This document shows positions 11,358-23,499 of a stretch of DNA of 64,000 nucleotides, in pieces. The translations under genes were made by a program, and so were the position numbers. How positions within the stretch are numbered: position 1 is the first letter of the stretch; each line of letters starts with the position of its first letter. Under the pieces are notes generated by a model. The model saw only the letters and a list, made by a program, of their open reading frames with translations. It searched no databases and had not been told where the DNA came from. Source of the stretch: Felis catus (taxonomy: Eukaryota); assembly GCF_018350175.1 (NCBI RefSeq), contig NC_058368.1, positions 24,058,001 to 24,122,000 of the forward strand, written 5' to 3'.

Positions 11358-13051
11358 GTTTTTTTTCTCGGGACGGTAGAGGCCATGTAGCGTCGCCATT
11401 ACTCTGAGGAGAGAACAGTTGGTAGAGGGGTGCAAAAATGCAGAGCAATAAAACCTTTAACTTGGAGAAGCAAAACCATACTCCAAGGAAGCATCATCAG
11501 CATCACCACCAGCAGCACCACCAACAGCAACAGCCACCACCGCCACCAATACCTGCAAATGGGCAACAAGCCAGCAGCCAAAATGAAGGCTTGACTATTG
11601 ACCTCAAGAATTTTAGGAAACCAGGAGAGAAGACCTTCACCCAACGTAGCCGGCTCTTTGTGGGCAATCTTCCTCCTGACATCACTGAGGAGGAGATGAG
11701 GAAACTATTTGAGAAATACGGGAAGGCAGGCAAAGTCTTCATTCATAAGGATAAGGGCTTTGGCTTTATCCGCTTGGAAACGCGAACCTTAGCAGAGATT
11801 GCCAAAGTAGAGCTGGACAACAAGCCACTTCGTGGAAAGCAGCTGTGGTGCGCTTTGCCTGCCATAGTGCATCGCTCACAGTCCGAAACCTTCCTCAGTA
11901 TGTTTCTAACGAACTGCTGGAGGAAGCTTTTTCTCTGTTTGGCCAAGTGGAAACAGCTGTAGTCATCATGGATGATAGAGAAAGGCCCGCAGGAAAAGGC
12001 ATTGTTGAATTCTCAGGGAAGCCAGCTGCTCGGAAAGCTCTGGACAGGTGCAGTGAAGACTCCTTCCTGTTAACCACATTTCCTCGGCCTGTGACTGTGG
12101 AGCCCATGGACCAGTTGGATGATGAAGAGGGACTTCGAGAGAAGCTGGTTATAAAGAACCAGCAATTTCATAAGGAGCGAGAACAGCCACCCAGATTTGC
12201 ACAGCCTGGCTCCTTTGAGTATGAGTATGCCATGCGCTGGAAGGCACTCATTGAGATAGAGAAGCAGCAGCAGGACCAAGTGGACCGCAACATCAAGGAA
12301 GCTTGTGAGAAGCTGGAGATGGAGGCTGCTCGCCATGAGCACCAAGTCATGTTAATGAGACAGAATTTGATGAGGCATCAAGAAGAACTCCGGAGGATGG
12401 AAGAGCTGCACAACCAAGAAGTGCAAAAACGAAAGCAACTGGAGCTCAGGCAGGAGGAAGAGAGCGCAGGCGCCGTGAAGAAGAGATGTGGCAGCCACAG
12501 GAAGAAGTGATGCGGCGACAGCAGGAAGGATTCAAGGGAACATTCCCTGATGCGAGAGAACAGGAAATACGGATGGGCCAGATGGCCATGGGAGGTGCTA
12601 TGGGCATAAACAACAGAGGCGCCATGCCCCCTGCTCCAGTGCCAGCTGGTACCCCAGCTCCCCCAGGACCTGCCACTATGATGCCAGATGGAACCTTGGT
12701 ATTGACCCCACCAACTGAACGCTTTGGCCAGGCTGCTACCATGGAAGGAATTGGGGCCATTGGTGGAACCCCTCCTGCGTTCAACCGTGCAGCTCCTGGA
12801 GCTGAATTTGCTCCAAACAAACGTCGCCGATACTAATAAAAATTTCACTGTCTAGTTTCCCAAAAACCCTCAAAAGAAAGACCCTTTTTGGACTAGCCAG
12901 AATTCTGCCCTGGAAAAAGTGTTAGGGATTCCTCCCAATAGTGAGGTCTTCCTTGCCTGTACTACTCTAAGGGAGTATGCTGGAGGCTGAGGGCAAGGGA
13001 GGGGCAATAAAATTTAACAAAGCAAAAAAAAAAAAAAAAAAAAAAGAAAAA
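11358..13051 (+). pseudogene. NONO: Processed pseudogene (retrocopy) of NONO / p54nrb (DBHS-family RRM protein)
   Basis: ORFs 11438-11962, 11845-12510 and 12486-12836 tile NONO from [14 protein letters not shown] to FAPNKRRRY with no introns. 1-bp deletion at ~11846, 2-bp (ag) insertion at ~12461, AATAAA at 13006, poly(A) 13024-13051, degenerate 18-bp TSD. Confidence 0.97.
13006..13011 (+). promoter_or_regulatory. Polyadenylation signal carried by the retrocopy
   Basis: AATAAA ends 12 nt before the start of the poly(A) tract at 13024. Confidence 0.8.
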
Positions 13052-14114
13052 GAAAATTATGTCATGGTAAATAAAACTTATTCAACAATTGGACATTTGA
13101 AATCTTTACCACATGGACCAGAATAGATTTAGGACCTGGAGAGGTACTTTAAAAGCCAAGTATCATCACCAGTTCCAAGAACAACCACATTGTATACTAT
13201 ACAATATCTAAAAAAGGGAAGCTATCTAATACAATATAAAAATCACTGTGATTATGTTTATCATATTGTAACATGTAATCAAATCAATAAAATTAGCACC
13301 CCCCCACCCACTCCCAAGTAAATGATATGGGATAAAAGGTTTCAGAAGTGAAACTAAAAGGAAAATGAATCATTCCAAGAATATGAAATTATATAATTCA
13401 TTTTTAGAAGATTAAAAATAAAAAGATACTTAATAACTTCCTTCAGTGAAAGGAATTATTTATGTTGGTACAAGGAGTATAATTGAAAAGGAGGTATAAG
13501 AACAAGAAAACTGAATACTAGTGTGAAAATCGGCAGATGGTGGGAGATATAGATTATCTCATTGTTCTTGTTCAATATTTATTAAGCATCCTGTTTTCCA
13601 AATGCTGTCACTTATGAAATTCCAAGTATATATACCTTAGTGAAGGAAGAGGTAGGGTTTATAGACTCAAAAAACACAACTAAAACGGTAGAACTTTTGA
13701 AGTTTGTCTTTGAATGAACTTCCCACCTCTGTTTTAACTCTCCTTTCCAATACTATTCAACCACCAGTTTTGGGGATGCGACTGGGGATGAGGCAGTGGG
13801 TTACAAGCAAAGGTATAATTCAAACTCTGGCCTTCTTTCCAGGATGTCAACTCAAATTACCTACCTTCCATACAAACCCATCAAGATTCTTAGTCCTATC
13901 TAGAAAGTAACAATTGGACTCAAGTTTGACATCCCATTGGAAATGACTAATGATGAATTTGAAAAAATTACATATTATGTATTATATTATTTACACGTAA
14001 TTTCACAGAAACAAGACAGGTAGCACATAGACTGCAATACAGTGTTAATACGAATAGATGGGATACACATATACCTTTCTGTTAAAAAAGCAAAACAACA
14101 ACAACAAAAAAAAC

Positions 14115-14646
14115 ACAACCTCTCTGGGTGGCTTCCCAGGCTCACCAGGGCCAAAGGCATCAAGTTGTCCAGTGGCCCACCGGGTGGGGACCCCAGGGGA
14201 TGTTTGATTCAGTGATACAAGCTCTCACTGCCCATATTCCTGGGAACTTACATAACATTCTATCTGTGCCTACAGTTTTCCCAGAATGAGTAAGGATGAA
14301 GTATGTATGAATCAGGCCAGAAGCTGTGGGTCATTGACATCTTCACCTCGCAGGCTTCAACTAATGATTCGAGGAAATTGGTTGTATAAAAACCCTAGCT
14401 CCCTCCTCCTCAAGTTAGTGAATTCTGACAAGTGTATTTTGTGTGTTTCCTGGGGTTTCCTTGATGGATTAACTTCTAGTCTCCTACCATTGTTGCCGGC
14501 ATCATGATGTGCTCCCTATTGACTGATTTATCTCCTCTGTGTCAATTCTTCACTCCCTTACCAGTGTTCCCTACATCTATCTCTCAAACTCTTTGCACAC
14601 AGATTTTTGCCTTAGTATCTGTTTTCGAATGAGCCAAATTAAGATA
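14115..14646 (+). mobile_element. ERVL-type solo LTR (LTR16-like), degraded
   Basis: 3' end tttgcacacagatttttgccttagtatctgttttcgaatgagccaaattaagata resembles the LTR16/MLT2-type terminus; 5' boundary uncertain. Confidence 0.55.
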
Positions 14647-15189
14647 CTCTTTATGAACTTATTTGCATGTAAGATGAGCTTGTTTATCCAAATAGATTTT
14701 CTCTATACCGGTAGCTAAGGGGCAACTGTGACTGAGAGGGCTGTCCTATGCACTTGGCCTACATCAGCACCTCTTTTTCTCCTACTCAGTTTTCAAGCCG
14801 TCCCATGTTCCTACCTTGCCCACAAGCATGCTCTGCTTTTTCCCAACCCCACTTATCTCTTCCACATGTGGGATCATGTCTCACTTATTGCTTCAACCAC
14901 ACACCTAACACTCATCTCCAACATGATAGGACCTCAGGTGACTTAACATGTGGAAAGAATGTCCATGTAAATTCCCTTGTGTTATGATACGTCTCAACGC
15001 TCCTTCTTCAAGGCCAAGGTTTCCTTAAGGGGCAAGATGATAAGGGTTAGATTAAGTCTTCAAAATATCCTCACTCCTTTGGGCACCTGAGATCTGGACT
15101 CTGACTTGGCCTCAGTTACGCCTGAGCTCTTATCCAAAATTACTTGTGGCTCATCAGTGATTTGTGAAGTATGGATATTATCCTTTCAC

Positions 15190-15830
15190 TTGATCTTAAA
15201 AACAGCATCTAATTTTTAAATCTTTATTTCTCAAAAGACTAATCATCTGCCATCATTCAAGTCTAAACTCTTCTGTCCACCTGTCTTTCAGGAAAATCCC
15301 TACTGAACACCCAACTACAGACTTCAACTGATTCCCTGAACAGCTTGGTTTCACAGGCTGCAGTTGGATATAATTTTCCTGATGCTGAGATTAACTTCCT
15401 TCTATTTCTGAGCAATGAGGTCATCATCACCCCCAGCATTGTCAACAAAGATGATGATTTCCATAGACGAAAAAGTTCATAGTGAGTGTATTCCCATGCG
15501 TGTCTTTTTAAAAGTATCTTTTAGCTTTATTGTGCTATCCTTGATTCTATTTTGGTTTAAAGGCATTTATAGTATCCTAAACCATAATGAACATCCCTAT
15601 GGCAGAAATAAAATCCATGTTATAGCTTTCTTTTGAGAGGTGAACATCTTAGCTTTTAAGATACTTTCTCCCATAAAGCAAAGTCTACAGCAGAGATGGA
15701 CTCCTTTGTGATCTTTCTGGTCACCTTCCCAAACTTCTAACAATTCACGAGTATCTTCCACGTCAATTTCTTGCCAAGATTTTCCAAGTTTCAAATATTG
15801 AACAATGCAAAATCAGCCCTGTGTTTAGAC
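15190..15830 (-). mobile_element. Highly decayed non-LTR reverse-transcriptase fossil, probably RTE clade (L4/MamRTE-like)
   Basis: Collinear motif remnants on the minus strand: LGKS..ID…ELLE (~15790-15735), QKKA (~15630), IIIFVD (15458-15441), KLIS..GKLY (~15395), GVQ*G (15311-15297), MISLLRNKD or ADD (~15250-15220). Confidence 0.5.
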
Positions 15831-16599
15831 TAGCAGTACTAATCCTACAATGCTGCATCTTCAACTTGCAATCCACTGGTCTCCGGAGAGGTCAATGCTC
15901 ATACTGCAAGTTACCTACTTTTTCGCAACATAAAGTGGCATACAATTTCCCAGTAGTAAAATCTTGAAGGCTTGCTTTCTAGTCACGTGGATCTAAAAGA
16001 CAGCTGTGTTTTCCATGAATTCTTTGCTGCATATTACACACATGCCACAGAAACTGGTATCCTTTTCCCATGCTGCTGTTGCTCCAGAAATTTTTCAATC
16101 TGTTTCTGAAGCTGCTCCGATGAAACATCATGCAACAAAACGTAGTTGTCTTTTTCTTTCCAAAGAACATGTTGGGTTGATTCTCATTGCTCTACAGGAC
16201 TCAGTGATAAACCTCTTTGCTTGGGTGGGGGTGGGGAAGGGGAGGTTCTCTCTCAACTCTGTCTCCATTCTAAGCACAATTCCCAGTTCCTGGTTTGATG
16301 GCTTTCCGATTCAGTTTTCTTGTCTTGCCCCACAACATCCCTAAATTGATACGCTTTTCCCTTTCAAATTTCAATTGTCTTGCAATTTCTCTGAAGTGAG
16401 CTTGCCGTACAGCTCCTTCACTGACACAAGATACGAAAGAGCATTCAGGAAGAAAAATTAAGGGCTTAGCAAGCATTCCAGGTTGGCTTTCTAAATGAAC
16501 ACTTTTTATATCCTTTGAAAAAAATATCAGGGGACCTACAAAATACAGTTTTGTCAACTCTAACTTACAAGTGTGGAGTTCGTATGAGGGACGGTACAA

Positions 16600-16820
16600 G
16601 AGTGGTTGAGAGCCACTCCTCCTTGCTGTAGGTCCTGGCCCCACCATTTACCACCTGTTCAATAGTTGCTATTTGTGACCGTGCACAAGTTTCTTATCCT
16701 GCTTCCGTTTCCTCATCTGTACAACGAGCAAAAATAGTACTTAATAGGCTAGTGGTAAGGATTAAAAGGAAAAAAATACATATTGATAATTGCTTACCTT
16801 GTCATAAATGTTACTAGCTA
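16600..16820 (+). mobile_element. MIR
   Basis: MIR core tgtgacc.tg.acaagtt…gtttcctcatctgtacaa…aggattaaa. Confidence 0.7.
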
Positions 16821-19205
16821 TTTTTATTGGTCAGTCTAGTGCCAAGTCTATTATAAAGGAGAATGTTTACTTTCAGGAGATGCCTGCATGTCATTTTTGG
16901 TCATTGGGCTCTGAAGGTAGCCTCTATGTTTTCACCACCTCTATGAATTACTCCCCCAAATCTCACAGTCTTTCTTCATATGCTGGCCAGATGTTTCATT
17001 GGCTGAATCCCTTCTCTGTCTCATGTCACTGTTGGCATGCTTTTTGGGTACACGGAACGGCACTGAACAACTGTGTTGAGGCACCGATGGGCTCAATAGG
17101 TAATACCTGTCTCCCTCACAGAGGTTCAGGACCAACTGAAAAATGCAGTATCATTAGACAAGTAGAACACCACACTTATCATAAGGAAAAGATTAGGGAA
17201 GGTGGCTTGTATCTACAGGGAGCTAAGTTTCCTTCTATTAAATCCCTCAAACATACAGACTTCCCCTTCCAAGTTGTGACTGTAAGCTTCCCAACCTTTA
17301 CAACAAAACTGACCAGAAAGGTAAGAGCAGACGTGCTCTGTGGGCACATTTGCTCCCAAAGGGGGGAAAAGGAGGAATGAAAACGTTTACGTCCAGGTTC
17401 TCCTTGCCAAATCCCCACTGAGACTGTCACATCTCTAGAGAACTTGCATGAGGAAGTAGAAGCAGGCAAAGACCGATATCCCACTGGTGCTGCATCTACC
17501 CTGGAAGAAACATCAGGAGTGAGAAGAAGCTCTCCTCTCCAAACAGGCTGGAAGCGATTACAGTGTAAGACTGGCCAGTAGTCCTATCAAAGGAGAAACC
17601 AAACTGCAAGCTCATAGTCCTATCATCAGAGCCTTGCCTTCCTCCTGTTTCCTGCCCTGAATTTGATAGAGGAAAAAAAAAATTAAAAAAAAATTATCCG
17701 ACAAGCCCACATTTGAGTTTTAAATAACTCAGTTTTTCCTCAATTTGATCGGTCTATTATAATCCCTGACATTCTAAGAAGCCCCACAAAACTGTAAAAT
17801 AGAGCCAGTGCTACAAGAAAGTGTTTTTTGGTGCCACAGATGTACAACAAGTTATGATAGTACAGATAGGCATTACCCACATCCATCCTTCCCTTTCCGT
17901 CCCAGACTCACCAAAATGAGATGACACATGACACTGATCACAGCGTGATACAGCATTGTTTCTGACATACCCTTAAGCACAGTGACCCTAGAATTTGTTA
18001 AGAAAAAAAAAATGTGGTAGGCGGGGAAAGTTGTCAATTATGATTTCATGGTTGTGCTTCATTTCTTCGGAAAAGGGCACAATATTTTAAAGGTCAAATC
18101 TCCTATTTGCCCTTTTGTCTTGCTTGATTCCTGTAGTAACTCCTCAGCCTTGTCTGGGATCCTGGCGGAGGATTTCAGAGGTTCTCCCTTAACACAACAC
18201 GCCCAAGCAAGCTCATCAACCTTGTAACCAAGCTGTTTTTTTTTTTTTTTTTTCTCTCACAGCCACTCTATTTTCTCCATTTTGTGGGTGTTGTGCTAGA
18301 TTTCAGAAATAAGCCCAAGTAGAAGTAAGAACAAAATTATTCCCTTTAACTTAAAAAGGTAGCATCTTCCAACACAAACACAGACCTTCCTTGATGCCCA
18401 AAGGTTCACTTGTTGGAAACCCGGTAGATCCAAGGTCTAAAGACCAAGGAAGGACAGGGAGATACTCTTCTGACGGCAAGGGGAGCCCTCAAATAGTATC
18501 AATGAGAGAAGAGATACATTTTAGAAAGGATCTCAAACTCTGAGGTAGAAGCATTGAAACCAAGTTTTGTTTTATTTTTCTCGCCCCCCCCCCCACCGCC
18601 ATAACTCAGTATGTTAAGAAATACTATGGGAATATAAACAACATGTGATCTGTATATGCCCTACCATTACTCTGACCCAAATTGGAGCGTTTCTTCAAAA
18701 AATTGCCAACGAAATACAAAATGCTACTACCACGACAGTGTAGTCCGCAGTTTTTCTTTAACTAGTGTCTCTCTCTGGAGTGCTGGCTTTCTTTCTCATT
18801 AAGAGATAATAGCCCCTTTTCAGACACTCAAGTTAACTTTCATGACTGTTTCTACACGGTTTGAGGATTCTGAACAGCATGATTGTAACGAACTCATATT
18901 ACACACATTGACAACTCGGAAGAACACCACAAATCATGTAAAAAGGAGTTTCATCTATACTAAACTGTTCAGTAAATTGTAGGGTATAAACCACCTATTT
19001 GCCTAGGACATACTTACCAATTCCTCATACTAAATATTACAATTTTCCAGAAATCGTAAAGCTTTAAGTCCATCCCACTTTACTACAAAATGAAATATAA
19101 TGTATTTTAAATGTGTACAATTTTTTTTAAATTTGTGATGCAGGTGGGGACAGGAATAAAGTATGTTTCAGAATAGACAGAAAAGGACTCTATTTGGTCA
19201 GCCTT

Positions 19206-19401
19206 GGGGCGCCTTCATGGCTCAGTCATTTGAGCATCGACTTCCGCTCAGGTCATGATCTCACCGTTGATGAGTTCAAGCCCCAAATTTGGCTCTGTGC
19301 AGACAGCTCAGAGCCTGGAGCCTGCTTTGGATTCTGTGTCTCCCCCTTTCTCTGCCCCTCCCCCACTCATGCTCTGTCTCAAAAATAAACATTAAAAAAA
19401 A
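19206..19401 (+). mobile_element. Can-SINE
   Basis: ggggcgccttcatggctcagtc head, gagcctggagcctgct linker, aaaaataaacattaaaa tail. Confidence 0.92.
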
Positions 19402-19487
19402 GTTATTAATCAGCTTCCCAAAGACATGATTGCCTCATCACTCTGCAAAGACACACTGCCCAGGGTTCTTTAGCACCACATGTGTTC

Positions 19488-19675
19488 ATGTTGCCACATA
19501 AAACATAGAAGGCTTAGTTAAATTTGAATTTCAAATAAGCAACAAAAAATTCTAAAAGTAAGCATGTTCCAAACATTGCGTGGGACACACTTATGTGAAA
19601 AAAAAATGTATTCATTGTTCATCTGAAATTTAAATTCAGTTAGGCATCCTCTATTTCTATTTGCTACACGTTGAC
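19488..19675. mobile_element. MER53 palindromic hAT MITE
   Basis: agttaaatttgaatttcaaataagcaac … ttgttcatctgaaatttaaattcagt inverted arms and central taagcatgttcca/tgggacacactta; matches recalled MER53 consensus. Confidence 0.8.
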
Positions 19676-22600
19676 CTTTCACCACCTCGTTGGACTTTTA
19701 AACCCTCCTTACTTGATATGAGAGATGAAGCTGCTTCATGAACAAAATCAGGGCAGAAAAAGCATCATTCATGCTGGCCAAGTTTGGTTTTTTCTTTTGT
19801 TCCTTAGTTCAGAAAATTATTTTGAGAGAGAAAATGTCAACCCACCATTATATTTCTTTATTAAAAAAAAAATAAGAACGTACCTCAAAGCCATCCACTT
19901 TTAAAGGCTAGTATCGACAAAATCTTCACTCTAGGCAAGACAACGTTCCAACCTGCCCTAAACAGGTATCTATGAAATTAGGACTACTGTGATAACAATG
20001 GTTACCAGGCAGCTTAGGCAACGAAAAATTATGGCACGTTACCCAAAACAGGTAACAGTGGAGCCTGGAATTAAACCTAGGCATGTTGATGCCACAGCTG
20101 GTGCTTGAAACAACTAATCCACATGCTTCATGACTTGAGCCCTGAACTAGGAATTTATTGTATTATTTGAGCATAACTGACACATAGTGTTCTATTAGTT
20201 TCAAGCGTACAACCTGGTGATCTGACAAGTTTATACATTAGGCTATGTTCACTACAAGTATAAGCTACCATCTGTCCTGTTACATCACTATTAAAATATG
20301 ATTGACTATACTCTTTATGCTGTGTTGCACTCATTCCATAGCTGGAAGCCTGTATCTCCCACTGTCCTTTACTCATTTTGCCCAACCCACCATCCCCTTC
20401 TCCTCTGGCAACCGTTAGTTTATTCTATTTATAAGTCAATTCTGCTTTTTGTTCTTGTTTAGAAACGTTTGGAACTTTTGTTCTAAGTCCCTGTGTGCAG
20501 TCTCAAGTGGCACAGTCTCATCCTCTTTTATGGCTAACAGTCCATTGCATAAATACCAGGTTTCCCTAATCCATTCATCTGTTGATGGACACTTAGGTTG
20601 CTTCCATGTCTTTTGGCTGTTGTAAATAATGCTGCAATTAATATAGGGGTGCACATATCTTTTCAAATTAACTTATTTTCCCTGAGTAAATACCCAGTAC
20701 TGAAATTATTAGATCAGGTAGTATCTTTAATTTTTTAAAGATACTGGTTTCCACAGTGGCTGCACCAATTTATATTCCCATCAATAGTGCACAAGGGTTC
20801 CTTTTATGCTACATTCTTGCCAATATTTGTTTCTTCTCATCTTGATTGTAGCCATTCTAACAGATGTAAAGTAATATCTCACTGTAGTTTTGCATTTCTC
20901 TTATTAGTGATGTTGAACATCTTTTCATTTGTCTGTTGGCCATGTGTAGGTCTTCTCTGGAAAAATGTCTATTCAAGTCCTCTGCCCATCTTTTAATTGG
21001 ATTGTTTGGTGTTCAGTGGGTTAAGTTCTTTATATTTTAGGTATTAACCTCTTAATGAATATATAATTTGCAAGTATCCTCCCCATTCAGTAGGTTGTCT
21101 TTGTGTTTTCTTGATGGTTTCCTCTACCATTCAAAACCTTGTATTTTGATGTAGTCCTAAGAGTTTATTTTTTATTTTGTTCCCCTTGCCTTATGACAGG
21201 TATCTAGAAAAAGTGTTGGTATGGTCAATGGCAGAGAAATTACAGCCTATTTTCTCCTTCTGGGATTTTTATGGTATTGGGTCTCACATTTAGATATTTA
21301 ATCTATTATTCTTGTGTGTGGTGTTAAAAGTAGTACAGTTTCACTCTACATGTAGCCGTCCAGTTTTCACAGCACCATTTATTGAAAAGATGGTCTTTCC
21401 CGCATTTTATTTTCTTTCTTTTTTCTGGCATAGATTAATGATATAAATGTGATTTTATTTCTAGGGTCTCTGTTCTGTTCCACTGATCGGTATGCTTATT
21501 TCTGTGCCAGTACCATATGGTTTTGATTACTATGGCTTTGTAGGACGTCTTGAAATTTGGAATCGCTTGGAAATTGGAAAAGCTTTGCTTTTCTTTCTCA
21601 GGATTGCTTGGGCTATCTGTGGTCTTCTACGGTTCTATACAAATTTTAGGATTATTTGTTCTAGTTTTATGAAAAATGCTGTTACTTTGGTAGGGATTGC
21701 ACTGAATCTGTAGATTGCTTTGAGTAATATGGACGTTTTACTCAAACGTTTGAGAATATGGCAATATTCTTCTAATCCATGAGCATGGAATACCTAATTT
21801 AGGTCATCTTTGATTTCCTTCATCAGCATTTTATTGTTCTCAGAGTAAGATCTTTCACCCAACTTTCTTCCTAGGTATTTTATTCTTTTTGGTGCAATTT
21901 CTTTCTGTGACTTCATTTTTAATGTTAGAAACAATACGAATTTATAACAATTTTGTATCCTGCAACTTTATTAAATTCATTTACTATTTATAGTTTTTTG
22001 CTTAAGTCTTTAGCATTTTCTAGGTTTAATATCATATTATCTACAAATAATTAGTTTAACTTTTTCTTTAACAATATGGAAGCCTCATTTCTTTTTTTTT
22101 TTTTTTTTTGTCTGATTGCTGTGGTTAGGACTTCCAGTACTATGTTGAATGAAATTGCTAAGACAGGACGTCCTTGTCTTATTTCTAACCTTAGAGGGAC
22201 ATCTGTCAGTTGTGCACCACTGAGAAGGTTTTGAGTTTTAGGTTTTCATATATAGACTTTATTATGTTAAAGTATGTTCTAATTCCATTTTGTTGGGTTT
22301 TTTTATCATGAATGAATGTTGAATCTTAAATGCTATTTCTGCATCTATTGAGATAATTATGTGATTTTTATCTTTCCTTTTGTTGATGGTGGTGTAGGAT
22401 ACTGATTGATTTGCAAACACTGAAACATTCTTGCATCCTGTGCCTGGTCCTGGTGAATAATCTTTTTAACCTACTGTTATATGTGGTTTGCTATTATTTT
22501 GTTGAGGTTTTTTCCATTTGTGTTCATCAAGGATACTGGCCTTAGTTGGTTTTTTGTCTGTGTGTTGTTTGTGGTGTCTTTGCCTGCTTTCACTAACAGG

Positions 22601-22998
22601 GTAACGCTGGCCTCATTGAATTCATTTGGAAGCTTCCCTTCCTCTTACATTTTTTGGAATAGTTTGAGGAGTATAGTTATCAACTCTTTAAATATGTGGT
22701 AGAATATACTTGTGAATCCATCTGGTCCTGGACTTTTATTTTTTGGAATTTTTTTCAATTACCAATTAAGCTTTGTTACATGTCATCAGTCTGTTCTGAT
22801 TTTCTATTTCTTCATGGTTCAGTTTTGTAAGATTATGTTTCTAAGAATTTATCCCTTCTAGATTGTCCAGTTTGTTGGCATGCAGTTTTTCATGGTATTC
22901 TTTTATAATCCTTTGCATTTCTGTGGTATTAGTTTTTACTTCTCTACTGATTTGAGCCCTCTTTTTCTTGATGTATCTGGCTAAGTGTTTGTCAATTT

Positions 22999-23226
22999 TT
23001 TTTTTAATTTTATTTAAATCCAAGTGAGTTAACATATAGTTTAATAATGGTTTCAGGAGAGTTTAGTGATTCATCACTTACATAAAACACCCAATTCTCA
23101 TCGTAACAACTACCCTCCTTAATGCTCACCACCCATTTAGCCCATCCCCACACCCACCTCCCCTACACCAACCCTCTCTGTTTGTTCTCTGTATTAAAGA
23201 GTCTCTTATAGTTTGCCCTCCCAGGA
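22999..23226 (-). mobile_element. Short younger L1 3'-end (L1_Fc/L1_Carn-type) nested in the older L1
   Basis: Poly(T) then aaatccaagtgagttaacatatagt…agtgattcatcacttaca; TSD tttgtcaattt at 22988-22998 and 23227-23237. Confidence 0.85.
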
Positions 23227-23262
23227 TTTGTCAATTTCATCTGTTTGAAGAACCATATGCCT

Positions 23263-23483
23263 GGGGTGCCTGGGTGGCTCAGTCGGTTGAGCATCTGACT
23301 TTGACTCAGGTCATCTCCCACTCAGGTCATGATCTCACAGTATGTGGGACCAAGCCCTGTGTCAGGCTCTGTGCTCACAGTTGTGAACCTGGAGCCTGCT
23401 TCAGATTCTGTGCCTCCCACATTCTCTGCCCCTACACCCCCAATACTCTGTCTCTCTCACAAAAATAAAGCAAAAAAGTTTTT
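23263..23483 (+). mobile_element. Can-SINE with an internal duplication (actcaggtcat x2)
   Basis: ggggtgcctgggtggctcagtcggttgagc head, A-rich tail. Confidence 0.92.
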
Positions 23484-23499
23484 AAAACATAACCTGGTA

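Noticed and set aside
11399..12848. Several minus-strand ORFs (up to 156 aa) over the NONO copy
   Set aside because: Antisense shadows of a former coding sequence; no independent similarity
16808..17380. 190-aa plus-strand ORF
   Set aside because: No recognisable domain, starts in a MIR tail, and its length is within chance for 64 kb in six frames
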